Assembly: GCA_963715985.1 (NCBI GenBank)
Contig: CAVQSP010000014.1
Span: 576,001 to 640,000 of the forward strand
DNA from: an uncultured Thermoleophilia bacterium
GTDB taxonomy: Bacteria; Actinomycetota; Thermoleophilia; UBA2241
DNA: 64,000 bases
Reading direction: 5' to 3'
Within the stretch, counting starts at the first letter, position 1, and every line of letters begins with the position of its first letter. This document shows positions 39,521 to 49,578 of the stretch, piece by piece. The position numbers and the translations under genes are program-made. Under the pieces are notes generated by a model, which did not search any database, was not told where the DNA came from, and was given only the letters and a program-made list of their open reading frames with translations.

Positions 39521-41445
39521 GCGCCGCCGCCAGCGAGCACGCCGGCGTCCGCCCGGCCGGGTCGTGCGACACCACGCGCCTCAGTCCTGACGGAGCCGCG
39601 CTCGTCGTCGAAGACCTCAGCGTCGGCTACCATCAGAAGGACGGCGGCGTGCTGCGTGTGGTCGCCAACGTCGATCTCAAGCTGTTCCCCGGCCAGGTGC
39701 TGGGACTCGCCGGCGAGTCGGGCTGCGGCAAGAGCACGGCCGCCCTGGCAGCCGTCGGCTACCGGCATCCCGGCGGCGTCATCCTCAGCGGCCGGTCGCT
39801 CCTCGGCGACGTCGAGTTGCTGGAGATGAAGCCGGCCGCCCTGCGCCTGCTGTGGGGCGGCCAGGTCGCCTACATCTCGCAGAACGCCGGGATGTCGCTG
39901 AACCCGGCGCTGACGATCGCGCGGCACTTCGACGAGGTGCTGAGCCGGCACGCGGGCCTGCACGGGTCCGCGGCCGCCGCGCGCGAGCTGGAACTGCTCA
40001 CCTCCGTCCAGCTGCCGGATCCCAAAGGATCCCTCCTGAGGTATCCGCATCAGCTGAGCGGCGGTCAACAGCAGCGCGTCTCGCTGGCGCTGGCCTTCGC
40101 CTGCCGTCCGGCCGTCCTCATCCTCGACGAGCCCACCACCGGGCTCGACGTCACCACGCAGACCTACATCACGGCCCTGCTGCAGACGCTCATCGCCGAG
40201 ACTCAAGTGGCGGTCATGTACGTGAGCCACGACCTGGCCCTGCTCTCGACCGTGTCCAACGACGTGGCCGTCATGTATGCGGGCGAGATGGTCGAGCGCG
40301 GGCCGGTGGCCGAGATGGTCAGGGCGCCGCTGCACCCGTACACCAACGCCCTGTTGCGCGCGGTGCCCAGCGCCCGCGCCCGGCAGTCCATCGCCGGCAT
40401 CGCCGGCGAGCCCCCCGTGAGCGTCTGCGACGACTGCTGTTCCTTCGCGCCGCGCTGCCCCTACGTGGAGGAGCGCTGCCGGGCACAGCACCCTGACAGC
40501 AGGCAGATCGAGCCACTGCGCACGTCGCGCTGCTTCCGCACTGAAGAGGTGCGCGACGAGCTGCGCATCGTCGTCGACATCGACGAGCGTGTCTCTGCGG
40601 CCCAGGTACGGTCGGCGGAGGAGGGGCGCCCATCTGACCTCCTCACGGTGGAGGGCGTGTCCTGCTACTACGGGTCGGGACGCCGCCGTTTGGCAGCCGT
40701 CAAGGACGTCTCGCTGCACCTCTCCGACGCCGAGGTGCTCGGCATCGTCGGGCTGAGCGGCAGCGGCAAGTCCACGCTCCTGCGGGCGATCTCCGGGATC
40801 CTGGAGGACTACACGGGGACGATCTCCCTGCGCGGCGAGTCGCTCGCCCACCGTGCCGTCAAGCGCCCGCGACAGCTGCGCCGACAGGTGCAGATCGTCT
40901 TTCAGGACCCTGCCTCGTCGCTCAACCCGCGGCACACCGTCAACCAGATCATCGCGCGCGCCGTCCGGCTGTTCCGCGAGGACGTGCCCCACGACAAGAC
41001 GGCGGACACCGTGGCGGAGCTCCTGGAGAGCGTGAAGCTGTCGCGCTCGTTCCTGCCCCGGTATCCATCCGAGCTCAGCGGTGGGCAGCAGCAGCGCGTC
41101 GCCATCGCCCGCGCCTTCGCCGCGCGACCGAGCCTGCTGCTCTGCGACGAGGTCACCTCGGCCCTGGACGTCTCCGTCGCCGCCACGATCATCGAACTGT
41201 TGCGCGACCTCACGAGCCAGTCCGGGACGGCCGTGCTGTTCGTCAGTCACGACCTGGCGGTGGTGCGCACCCTGGCCGACAGGGCCATCGTGATGCGCGA
41301 CGGGCGGGTGTGTGAGGAGGGGTCGACGGAGAAGCTGTTCCGCGCGCCCGAGCACCCCTACACGATCGAGCTGCTCGAGTCGATCCCGGACATCGCGGAC
41401 GTGCGCGCAGGCAGACGGCTGTTGCCGAGCGACTCCCCGGTGTGA
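39517..41445 (+). CDS. Fused DppD/DppF ABC ATPase
   Basis: GESGCGKS, YPHQLSGGQQQR, HPYT, Cys-rich linker; second GLSGSGKS, YPSELSGGQQQR, HPYT. Confidence 0.93.
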   Translation: MSAAASEHAGVRPAGSCDTTRLSPDGAALVVEDLSVGYHQKDGGVLRVVANVDLKLFPGQVLGLAGESGCGKSTAALAAVGYRHPGGVILSGRSLLGDVELLEMKPAALRLLWGGQVAYISQNAGMSLNPALTIARHFDEVLSRHAGLHGSAAAARELELLTSVQLPDPKGSLLRYPHQLSGGQQQRVSLALAFACRPAVLILDEPTTGLDVTTQTYITALLQTLIAETQVAVMYVSHDLALLSTVSNDVAVMYAGEMVERGPVAEMVRAPLHPYTNALLRAVPSARARQSIAGIAGEPPVSVCDDCCSFAPRCPYVEERCRAQHPDSRQIEPLRTSRCFRTEEVRDELRIVVDIDERVSAAQVRSAEEGRPSDLLTVEGVSCYYGSGRRRLAAVKDVSLHLSDAEVLGIVGLSGSGKSTLLRAISGILEDYTGTISLRGESLAHRAVKRPRQLRRQVQIVFQDPASSLNPRHTVNQIIARAVRLFREDVPHDKTADTVAELLESVKLSRSFLPRYPSELSGGQQQRVAIARAFAARPSLLLCDEVTSALDVSVAATIIELLRDLTSQSGTAVLFVSHDLAVVRTLADRAIVMRDGRVCEEGSTEKLFRAPEHPYTIELLESIPDIADVRAGRRLLPSDSPV

Positions 41446-41487
41446 TGGGAGCCCGCGGCCGCGACCTCGGCGCGTGGCTCTTGGGGA

Positions 41488-42600
41488 GTGAGCGTGCCTA
41501 GCCGCACGATCGTGGTCGTGGGCGGCGACACCGCCAGCTTGCTCGTCGCCGCCTGGCTCGCCGCCGCCGGCCACCAGATCGTCCTCTGGGAACTGCGCGA
41601 CGGCGCGATGGGCCCGGCGGGCGCGAGCGCACCGGGCGAGCTCATGCTCAGCGTGGCAGGGCGCGATACGGCGGTCGTGTTCGCGGGGGTCACGACCGAC
41701 GCCTTCGAGGCGCTGGCCGCCGGCGACGTGGTGGTCACCTGCGCGCCGCCGCACGCCCAACAGGCCTTCGCCGACGCGGTGCTGCCCCTCGTGGAGCCGA
41801 GGCATCTGCTGGTCCTGCCGGCCGGCGGCCTCGGCAGCCTCGCGTGCGCGAAGTGGCTGCGCGACCGGGGGCGCTGGGAGCTGCCGACCTTCGCCGAGAG
41901 CGACACGATGCCGGTCCTCGGCGATCTCGAGGGCCCGGCACGCCTGCGTGTCGACGCGGTCGCGTCCCGCTTGGGGTTCGGCGTCTTCCCGGCCGAGCGC
42001 ACCGCTGCCGCCCGGGACCCCCTTGTCGATCTGTTCCCCGGGGCCAGGGCTCACGTGCACGTCCTCGCCGCGGCGCTGGCCGGGGTCGAGCGTTTCGTGC
42101 GCGCGCCGGCGCTGGTGATGAACGCCGGCGCTTCGGAACGTGGCGGGCCGCCGGCGTCGCTGCTGGCCGACGGGTTCACCCGGGAGGTCGCGCGAGTGGC
42201 CGAGGCGCTTGACGGCGAGCGCTGCGCGCTCGCCCGGGCCCTCGGCCTTGATCTGCCGCCGGCCGCCGAAGCACTCTGCGAACGTGGTCTCAGCCCCGGC
42301 GGTGATCTCTGGGCCGCCGTTCACGGCAGCTTCGCGCTGACGCGCCCGCCGGCCGCCGGCGTGGTGCCGGCAGATCTCCAGGCCGACGACGTGTCCTTCG
42401 GAGTGCGCCTCTGGGTCGAGCTTGGCGGCGCGCTCGACGTGCCGATGCCCGTCGCGGGCGCGCTACTGACGCTGCACGATGCCGCCCGCCCGTCGACTGG
42501 ATGGGCCGGCCGGACACTCGAGGACCTCGGTCTGGCCGGCCTGAGCGGCGATGCCCTGCAGCGCTTTCTGACCACCGGGACCGGCGAACCGGACGCCTGA
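41488..42600 (+). CDS. NAD/NADP opine dehydrogenase family protein, degenerate motifs
   Basis: PAGGLGSL, FAESDTMP, GVFPAERT, DGERCALARALG and DDVSFG fit the fold, but GxGxxG is absent. Confidence 0.7.
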   Translation: MSVPSRTIVVVGGDTASLLVAAWLAAAGHQIVLWELRDGAMGPAGASAPGELMLSVAGRDTAVVFAGVTTDAFEALAAGDVVVTCAPPHAQQAFADAVLPLVEPRHLLVLPAGGLGSLACAKWLRDRGRWELPTFAESDTMPVLGDLEGPARLRVDAVASRLGFGVFPAERTAAARDPLVDLFPGARAHVHVLAAALAGVERFVRAPALVMNAGASERGGPPASLLADGFTREVARVAEALDGERCALARALGLDLPPAAEALCERGLSPGGDLWAAVHGSFALTRPPAAGVVPADLQADDVSFGVRLWVELGGALDVPMPVAGALLTLHDAARPSTGWAGRTLEDLGLAGLSGDALQRFLTTGTGEPDA

Positions 42601-42637
42601 GGGCGCGGTCGGGGAACCTGGACGCGAGGAGGACAGC

Positions 42638-43645
42638 GTGATCGTGGATGCACACAACGACCTGCTGGTCGAAGTGGCCCACTTCCGCCACGAGGCGGCT
42701 CCGTTCCGCGCCCGCTGGCTGGAGCAACTGCGGCGCGGCGGCGTCGGCCTTCAGGTCTGCCCCGCGTCCGTGGACGTGAACGAGTTGCCGGAGTTCGGCC
42801 TGCGCCGCAGTCTCACCCAGATAGCGGAGTGTCACCGGGCGGCAGCCCAGGACCCGGACGAGGTCGTGCTCGTGCGCGATGCCGCCGGCCTGGACGAGGC
42901 CCTTGCCACCGGCCGGCTCGCCCTTCTCCTTTCCATGGAGGGCGCTGAGCCACTCGGCTACGACCCGGCCATGGCGGACGTGTTCTGGCTCCTCGGCGTG
43001 CGCATGTTCTCCCTCACGTGGAACCGCAGGAACCCGTTCGCGGACGGCCTCGGCGAGGCCAATGACGGTGGGCTCAGCGACCTGGGCCGGGAGCTCGTGG
43101 AACGCCTGTGCCGGCTGGGCATGGTCCTTGACCTCGCGCACGCCTCCCGGCGCACGTTCTTCGACGTGCTGGAGCGCGCGCCGGACGCGCCGGTCGTCGT
43201 CAGTCACGCCTGCTGCCGTGCCGTCTACGACATCCCGCGCAATCTGACCGACGACCAGCTGCGCGCGCTGGCCGATCACGGCGGCGTGCTGGCGGTCATG
43301 GGCATCCCGCTCGCCGTCGATCTGGAGGCGCCCTCCCTCGAGCGTGTGGCCGATCACATCGACCACGCCGTGGACGTGATGGGCGTGAGACATGTGGGGC
43401 TCGGCGCCGACTTCATGACGCAGATCGTGGAATCCGGCGCCGAGCCCGCGTTCCAGGCGACGAGCCTCATGCCTGAGGGGATGTCGTTCGCCGAGGCCGT
43501 GCCCGGGTTCAGCGGGCCGGCGGACTACCCGGCGCTGGCGGCGGTCCTCGGGGCACGGGGATACGCCGGGGAGGCGCTCGATGCCATCCTCGGCGGCAAT
43601 CTGCTGAGAGTCATCCGGGGAGCGCTGGCCGCCGGCGGCGACTGA
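42638..43645 (+). CDS. Membrane dipeptidase (peptidase M19) family amidohydrolase
   Basis: DAHND, SMEG, LTWN, DLAH, SHA, RNLTD, VGLGADF, ILGGN. Confidence 0.93.
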   Translation: MIVDAHNDLLVEVAHFRHEAAPFRARWLEQLRRGGVGLQVCPASVDVNELPEFGLRRSLTQIAECHRAAAQDPDEVVLVRDAAGLDEALATGRLALLLSMEGAEPLGYDPAMADVFWLLGVRMFSLTWNRRNPFADGLGEANDGGLSDLGRELVERLCRLGMVLDLAHASRRTFFDVLERAPDAPVVVSHACCRAVYDIPRNLTDDQLRALADHGGVLAVMGIPLAVDLEAPSLERVADHIDHAVDVMGVRHVGLGADFMTQIVESGAEPAFQATSLMPEGMSFAEAVPGFSGPADYPALAAVLGARGYAGEALDAILGGNLLRVIRGALAAGGD

Positions 43646-43689
43646 CGCGCGGACGCCGCGGCAGCGGCGGGGAAGGACGGCTGGACCAC

Positions 43690-44349
43690 GTGGACACGCA
43701 CCCGACCATCGCAGCCATCATCAGCGCCTTCACGGAGGCCGACTTCGACGCCGTCCCCGGCCTCGTGGAGAAGGGCCTTGGACAAGGTCTGACGGCGCAG
43801 GCTCTGCTGGATGACGGCCTTGTGGCCGGTATCCGCGACGTGGGGGAGATGTTCCGGCGCGGCGAAGTCTACCTGCCGGAGATGATGCTGGCGGCGGAAG
43901 CCTGGCAGTCCGGCATGGACGTGCTGGCGCCCCAGCTCGCCGAGCGCGCCGCCGCGGAGCCGAAGGGAACGGTGGTCATCGGCACCGTGAAGGGCGACAT
44001 CCATTCGCTCGGCAAGACCATCGTGTCCACCATGCTCAGGACCGCCGGGTTCGAGGTCGTCGATCTCGGCACCGACGTGCCGGCGTCTCGCTTCATCACG
44101 GCAGCCACCGACGCGCGTGCCACGGTGATCGCCGCGTGCGCCTTGATGACGACGACGATGCCGCAGCAGCGCGAGGTGGTGGAGCACGCCGTGGCCGCCG
44201 GGAGGCGTGACGAGCTGTTCATCATGATCGGGGGAGCCTCCACCAGCCCGGCGTGGGCCGTGGAGATCGGCGCGGACGGCCACGGGGAGACGGCTGCCGA
44301 CGCAGTGGCTCTCGCCGAGGACTTCGTCGGCCGGGTCGTGAGGAGCTGA
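43690..44349 (+). CDS. Corrinoid protein (MtmC/MtbC-like), copy 3
   Basis: YLPEMMLAA, GTVKGDIHSLGK, DLGTDVP, ALMTTT, IMIGGA, EIGAD. Confidence 0.93.
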   Translation: MDTHPTIAAIISAFTEADFDAVPGLVEKGLGQGLTAQALLDDGLVAGIRDVGEMFRRGEVYLPEMMLAAEAWQSGMDVLAPQLAERAAAEPKGTVVIGTVKGDIHSLGKTIVSTMLRTAGFEVVDLGTDVPASRFITAATDARATVIAACALMTTTMPQQREVVEHAVAAGRRDELFIMIGGASTSPAWAVEIGADGHGETAADAVALAEDFVGRVVRS

Positions 44350-44351
44350 CG

Positions 44352-45780
44352 ATGCTGGGCAACCTGGAGATCTATCGCCGCGCGACGACCGGCGAGATCT
44401 GCTCGGAGAAGGACTTCGACCTGCGTCGCTTCATCCCGGCCCTGCGGAGGCTGGTGAAGGCTCACGGGATCGTCTGCGACCGCAGTACGCCGGTGCCGGC
44501 GGACGACGACCTCGCCGACCGCGTCTGGCAGGCCGGCCGCGAACTGTTCCTGGAAGTGGGGGTGTTCTGCCCCGACACCGAACGGGTCATCCGGTTCGAC
44601 GCGGCGGAGCTCGACCAGGCCCTGGCACACGCGCCGCGCCCGGTGGTGGTCGGCAGCGGACAGTTCGCGCGGACGATCCCGGTGCGGCGTCCGGAGAGCG
44701 CGACGCTCCCGTTCTTCTCGCTGGGGGCCTGCGGCGCCGGCGTGACCAGCGACGAGGTGTTCATGAGCCTCACGCAGGCGTATTGCGAGCTGCCGTACAT
44801 CGACGCCATCGCCATGCCGGCGCTCACCCGAGATCGACGGCATGACCATCGTGGCGGGCAGCCCGCTCGAGGTCGAGGGATGCGTGCGTACGGTGACGAT
44901 GGCGCGCGAGGCGACACGGCGCGCGAACAAGGCGGGAATGGGGATCGCCAACACCGTGCCGACCGGCGTGCGCTCGCAAGGGCACATCGCCGGCAATGCA
45001 GCCGCGGCCGACCAGTGGGACATGATGGAGATAGGCGGTCACGCGGAGTTCAAGGTCGACTTCGACAGCCTGAGCAAGATCGCGTACATGCAGGGCCGGG
45101 GCCGGACGATCCTCGGAGAGACGGGGCCTCTGCTCGGCGGCTATGCCGGCGGTCCCGAAGGCTGCGCCGTCGCCCTTGCCGCCTACCACTTCTTCGCCCT
45201 GCTGGTGCTCCGTGCAGCCGTGCAGCACCCGTTCACGTCGCACTTCCAGACGCAGTCCTGTACCTCGCGGGAGGCCATCTGGCTGCGCTCGGTCGCTCTG
45301 CAGGCCATCACGCGGCACAGCGACGTGCCGTGTCTGGAGTCGGGCACCTACGCGGCCGGGCCGGGCACCGAGATGAGCCTTTTCGAGGCCGCCGCGATGG
45401 CGGCTCCCAGTGTGGTGTCGGGCGGCAGCGTCGAGTCGGGGCCGACAGCGCGGGCGACGCACCTCGATCACCTCTCGCCGATGGCGAACCTCTTCGCCGC
45501 CGAAGTGGGACGCTCAGTGGCCGGCATGTCCCGCACCGACGTCAACGACCTCGTGGTGCGTCTGCTGGACAAGTACGAGGATCACCTCACCGACCCGCCC
45601 TTCGGGCGGCGCTACCAGGAGTGTTACGACATGGCCAGCCGGCAGCCGGACGCCGAGGCGAGGGCGGTGTATCGGACGGCCCGAGCGGCGGTGGCAGCCA
45701 TGGGCCTGGAGTTCCGCGACCCGCGCGTTCTACGACTGAGGACGGGCGTGAAGCGCTGCGCCGACCTACTGGAGGTGTGA
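44352..45780 (+). CDS. Monomethylamine methyltransferase MtmB-family protein, pyrrolysine-free (frameshift near 44828)
   Basis: RATTG...EKDFD, VPADDDLADRVWQAG, GVFCPDTERVIRF, RRPE, GSPLE, AGMGIAN, EFKVD, LGGYAGGPEG, AGPGTEM, LLDKYE, GRRYQECYD; directly follows the corrinoid gene. Confidence 0.88.
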
Positions 45781-45782
45781 AG

Positions 45783-47453
45783 ATGAAGCTGACGGGAGCG
45801 CAGTACCTCGCCCGCACGCTTGAGGGCTACGGCGTGACGCACTTCTTCCACGTGCCGGCCATCATCCCGTGGACGCTTGCGCAGATGGAGGAGACAGGGC
45901 GCATCACCCGAGTGGTCACGCACGACGAACGTGCGGCCGGGTACATGGCCGACGGGTACGCGCGCGCCTCCGGGCGCCCGGGCGTGTGCGGCTGCCAGAT
46001 GATCGGGACGAACAACCTGGCGGCCGGACTGCGGGACGCCTTCATGGCGCGTTCCCCGGTGCTGGCGTTCAGCGGCGGCTCCTACGTGAGATCCCGCCAC
46101 CGCCACCAGTATCAGGAGATCGACGGCTTGCCCGTGTTCGCCCCGGTCACCAAGTTCAACGTGCAGGTCGATGACGTGACCCGGTTGCCGGACCTGCTGC
46201 GTCAGGGCTTCCGCGCCGCCACGAGTGGCAAGCCGGGGCCGGTCCACCTGGCGCTCGAGGGGCACTTCGGCGAGGAGACGGAGCTCCAGGAGGCGGAGCT
46301 CGACGATCTCGTCGAAGAGCGGTTCGCCGGCGTACCGCCGTTCCGGCCTCTGCCTCAGGCGGATCAGGTGACCGCTGCCGTCCGGCTGCTGGTGGAGGCG
46401 GAGCGCCCCGTGCTCGTCGCGGGCGGCGGCGTGCGCCAGTCCGGCGCCGGCTCCGAGCTGCTCGCGCTCGCGGAGCTTCTGTCTGTCCCGGTGGCCACCT
46501 CGCTCAACGCGAAGGACGTCATACCGGGCGACCACCCGCTGGCCCTGGGCGTCCCCGGGCTGTACCAGCGTGAGAGCGCCAACCGGGCACTCCTGGAGGC
46601 GGATCTCGTCTGCTACGTCGGCAGCCAGACCGGCAGCCAGGTGACCAGGAACTGGACGATCCCTCTTCCGGGCACGAGGGTCGTGCAGATAGACGTAGAC
46701 CCTGAGGAGCTGGGCCGGCACTACCCGAACGCCGTGTCGGTCCTCGGCGATGCCAAGCTCACGCTCGGCCAAATGGCTGAGGCCGTCGAGGCACCCGTAC
46801 GGCGGCCGGCCTGGACGGCGCGCGCCGCGGAGCTCGTGGCCGCGTGGCGCGCCTCGGTGGACGAACACGTGACCAGCGACGCGGCGCCGATGCGGCCGGA
46901 GCGCCTGCTGGGCGAGCTCGGCCGCGTCCTGCCCTCGGACAGCATCGTCGTCGCCGACACCGGCCACGCCGGCTTCTGGACGGGGACCTACCTCGACCTC
47001 ACACGACCCGGCCAGGGCTTCCTGCGGGCCGCGGGCTCGCTGGGCTGGGGTTTCCCGGCCGCGCTGGGTGCCAAGATGGCCGTCGGTGACGAGCGGTCCG
47101 TGGTCCTGTTCACGGGGGACGGCGGCCTCTGGTACCACCTCGCGGAGATCGAGACGGCGCTGCGCTGGGGCGTCAAGGTCGTCGTCGTGGTCAACGACAA
47201 CCATTCCATGAACGAGCAGATCCCCTTCTACGAGCCGATGTACGGCGGCCGGCTGCACGGGCGGCACGAGGACCTCTGGGTCTTCCGCGAGGTCGACTTC
47301 GCGGCGGTGGCGACATCGCTCGGAGCCATCGGCCGCCGCGTCGAACGGCCTCGGGACTTCGCTCCTGCCCTCGAGCAGGCCCTCGAGGCCGATCGGCTCA
47401 CTGTGCTCGATGTGCTCACCGACATCGAGGCGGAATGTCCCTGGGGCGCTTGA
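45783..47453 (+). CDS. Thiamine diphosphate-dependent enzyme (acetolactate synthase-like)
   Basis: HDERAAGYMADGYARASGRPG, YQEID, GPVHL, GSLGWGFPAALG, GDGG...NDN. Confidence 0.92.
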   Translation: MKLTGAQYLARTLEGYGVTHFFHVPAIIPWTLAQMEETGRITRVVTHDERAAGYMADGYARASGRPGVCGCQMIGTNNLAAGLRDAFMARSPVLAFSGGSYVRSRHRHQYQEIDGLPVFAPVTKFNVQVDDVTRLPDLLRQGFRAATSGKPGPVHLALEGHFGEETELQEAELDDLVEERFAGVPPFRPLPQADQVTAAVRLLVEAERPVLVAGGGVRQSGAGSELLALAELLSVPVATSLNAKDVIPGDHPLALGVPGLYQRESANRALLEADLVCYVGSQTGSQVTRNWTIPLPGTRVVQIDVDPEELGRHYPNAVSVLGDAKLTLGQMAEAVEAPVRRPAWTARAAELVAAWRASVDEHVTSDAAPMRPERLLGELGRVLPSDSIVVADTGHAGFWTGTYLDLTRPGQGFLRAAGSLGWGFPAALGAKMAVGDERSVVLFTGDGGLWYHLAEIETALRWGVKVVVVVNDNHSMNEQIPFYEPMYGGRLHGRHEDLWVFREVDFAAVATSLGAIGRRVERPRDFAPALEQALEADRLTVLDVLTDIEAECPWGA

Positions 47454-47489
47454 CTCTGTGAAGCGCACGAACGTAAGGAGCCGGATGCC

Positions 47490-48521
47490 GTGAACACACC
47501 GACGTACGCGCCGCCTGACGGCGCCGAGGTGATCCGAACGATCGACGTCCACGCCGCCGGAGAGCCTGTGCGGGTCATCGTGGAGGGCCTCGCTGCCATT
47601 CCCGGAGCCGACATGCTGGCGAAGCGCCGCTATGCCCAGGAGCACCTCGACGCTCTCCGCCGTCGGCTCATGTGGGAGCCCCGCGGACACGCCGACATGT
47701 ACGGCGCGATCCCCACGGAGCCAGTCACCGACGACGGCGACTGCGGGGTGCTGTTCCTGCACAACGAGGGCTTCAGCACCATGTGCGGGCACGGCATCAT
47801 CGGCCTCACGAAGATCCTGCTCGAGACGGGGATGGTGACGCCCGGGGAGGGCACGTCGACCGTCCGCATCGACACGCCCGCGGGCCGCGTCGTAGCCCGC
47901 GCGACTGCGGATCGCGGGACCGTCCGGGAGGTCGTGTTCGACAACGTGCCGTCGTTCGTGTACCGGCGAGGAATCGAGGTCGGCCTCGCCGGCATCGGCA
48001 AGACCATCTGCGACATCGCCTTCGGCGGCGCGTACTACGCGTTCTGCAACGCCGCCGACCTGGGCCTGACTTTGGAGCCCGCGCAGCACGACCGCCTGAT
48101 CGAGGTCGGCAGACTCGTCAAGAAGGCGGTGCTGGCGCAGACGGCCATCGAGGACCCGGTCGCTCCCGACCTCGGGTTCCTCTACGGCGTCATCTTCACC
48201 GGTCCGCCGGCCGCGGCGGGCCACCACAGCCGCCACGTCTGCGTCTTCGCCGAGGGCGAAGTGGACCGCTCGCCCACGGGCACCGGAGTCAGCGCGCGTG
48301 CCGCCCTGCTGAGCGAGGCGGGGCAGTTGCCTGACGGTGAGCCCATCATGATCGAAAGCATCCTCGGCACATGCTTCGGCGTGGCGGTGGTGGGCCACTC
48401 CAGGGTCGGTCCGTTCCCCGCAGTGATCCCGGCCGTCTCCGGGGAGGCGTACGCGACGGGGATGAGCACCTTCTTCGTGGAGCGCGGTGACCCGCTCGGT
48501 GACGGCTTCATCTTCAGATGA
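47490..48521 (+). CDS. Proline racemase superfamily, Cys/Thr type (trans-3-hydroxyproline dehydratase-like)
   Basis: HAAGEP, EPRGHADMYG, TMCGH and DRSPTGTG. Confidence 0.88.
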   Translation: MNTPTYAPPDGAEVIRTIDVHAAGEPVRVIVEGLAAIPGADMLAKRRYAQEHLDALRRRLMWEPRGHADMYGAIPTEPVTDDGDCGVLFLHNEGFSTMCGHGIIGLTKILLETGMVTPGEGTSTVRIDTPAGRVVARATADRGTVREVVFDNVPSFVYRRGIEVGLAGIGKTICDIAFGGAYYAFCNAADLGLTLEPAQHDRLIEVGRLVKKAVLAQTAIEDPVAPDLGFLYGVIFTGPPAAAGHHSRHVCVFAEGEVDRSPTGTGVSARAALLSEAGQLPDGEPIMIESILGTCFGVAVVGHSRVGPFPAVIPAVSGEAYATGMSTFFVERGDPLGDGFIFR

Positions 48522-48603
48522 CCGGCGCGCGATCCATCCGCGTGCTGCCCCTCCGTCCGTTGGCGGCCCTCGCTGCCGCCGGTGGGTCGAGCAAGGACGG
48601 GAC

Positions 48604-49578
48604 GTGAGGTACGCCGGCCTCTGTACTTCCGTGCTTGAGGCGATCGGCCAGACACCGCTCGTCGAGCTCGGCAGGATCGGCGTGCCGTACGGCGGCCGGA
48701 TCCTCGCCAAGCTCGAGTACCTGAACCCCGGGCACTCGAAGAAAGACCGCATCGCCCTGGCGATGATCGAGGAGGCCGAGCGCTCGGGTGCGCTAGCTCC
48801 CGGGCAGACAGTGGTCGAGCTCACGAGCGGCAACTGCGGTACGGGCCTCGCCATCGTGTGCGCCGTGACGGGTCACCCTTTCGTCGCGGTCATGTCGCGC
48901 GGAAACACCATCGAGCGCGCCCGCATGATGGCTGCGCTGGGCGCCGAGGTCGTGCTCGTCGACCAGCTGCCAGGCTCGACTCCAGGCCAGGTCTCGGGCG
49001 GGGACCTCGACCTCGTCGAGCGGGAGACTCTGCGGGTGGTGCGCGAGCGGGGCGCCTTCCGCGCCAACCAGTTCGAGCTGGCCGCCTGCGTCGATGCGCA
49101 CTACGCCCATACTGCTCGCGAGCTCCTCGAGCAGTCTGGGGGAAACGTGACCGCCTTCTGCGATTTCGTCGGCAGCGGCTCCACGTTCACGGGGTGCGCG
49201 ACCGCTCTCAAGGAGTACGACCCCTTGATCTGCTGCTACGTGGTCGAGCCGCGCGGGGCCGCCGTGCTCTCGGGACGGGAGCTCCAGAACCCCAGCCATC
49301 GCATCCAGGGCGGCGGATACGCACGCGCGCACCTTCAGCTCATGCGCACCGACCTGGTCGATGGCTATCTGCAGATCAGCGACGAACAGGCGATCGCCAC
49401 CGCCCGCGATCTTGCGCGGCGGGAGGGCCTGTTCGCCGGGTTCAGCTCCGGAGCGAACGTGGCCGCCGCTCTCCAGCTGCTCAAAGGACCGCACCGCGGC
49501 GGCACCGTGGCCGTGCTCCTCTGCGACAGCGGGATGAAGTACTTGAGCACCGATCTGTGGCCCTCGGCGATCGATTGA
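48604..49578 (+). CDS. PLP-dependent cysteine synthase family protein, atypical
   Basis: IGQTPL, KLEYLNPGHSKKDR, TSGNCG, NQF, HRIQG, EGLFAGFSSGAN, DSGMKYLST. Confidence 0.88.
   Translation: MRYAGLCTSVLEAIGQTPLVELGRIGVPYGGRILAKLEYLNPGHSKKDRIALAMIEEAERSGALAPGQTVVELTSGNCGTGLAIVCAVTGHPFVAVMSRGNTIERARMMAALGAEVVLVDQLPGSTPGQVSGGDLDLVERETLRVVRERGAFRANQFELAACVDAHYAHTARELLEQSGGNVTAFCDFVGSGSTFTGCATALKEYDPLICCYVVEPRGAAVLSGRELQNPSHRIQGGGYARAHLQLMRTDLVDGYLQISDEQAIATARDLARREGLFAGFSSGANVAAALQLLKGPHRGGTVAVLLCDSGMKYLSTDLWPSAID

Noticed and set aside
44253-47453. 1066-aa ORF that looks like an MtmB-ThDP enzyme fusion
   Set aside because: Artefact of the indel near 44828. The MtmB C-terminal part is in another frame, and the ThDP gene has its own RBS and ATG at 45783.
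18713-48854. Very long minus-strand ORFs (18713-22141, 25833-28595, 39286-42324, 45624-48854)
   Set aside because: Antisense shadows of well-supported + strand genes in high-GC DNA, with no recognisable motifs.
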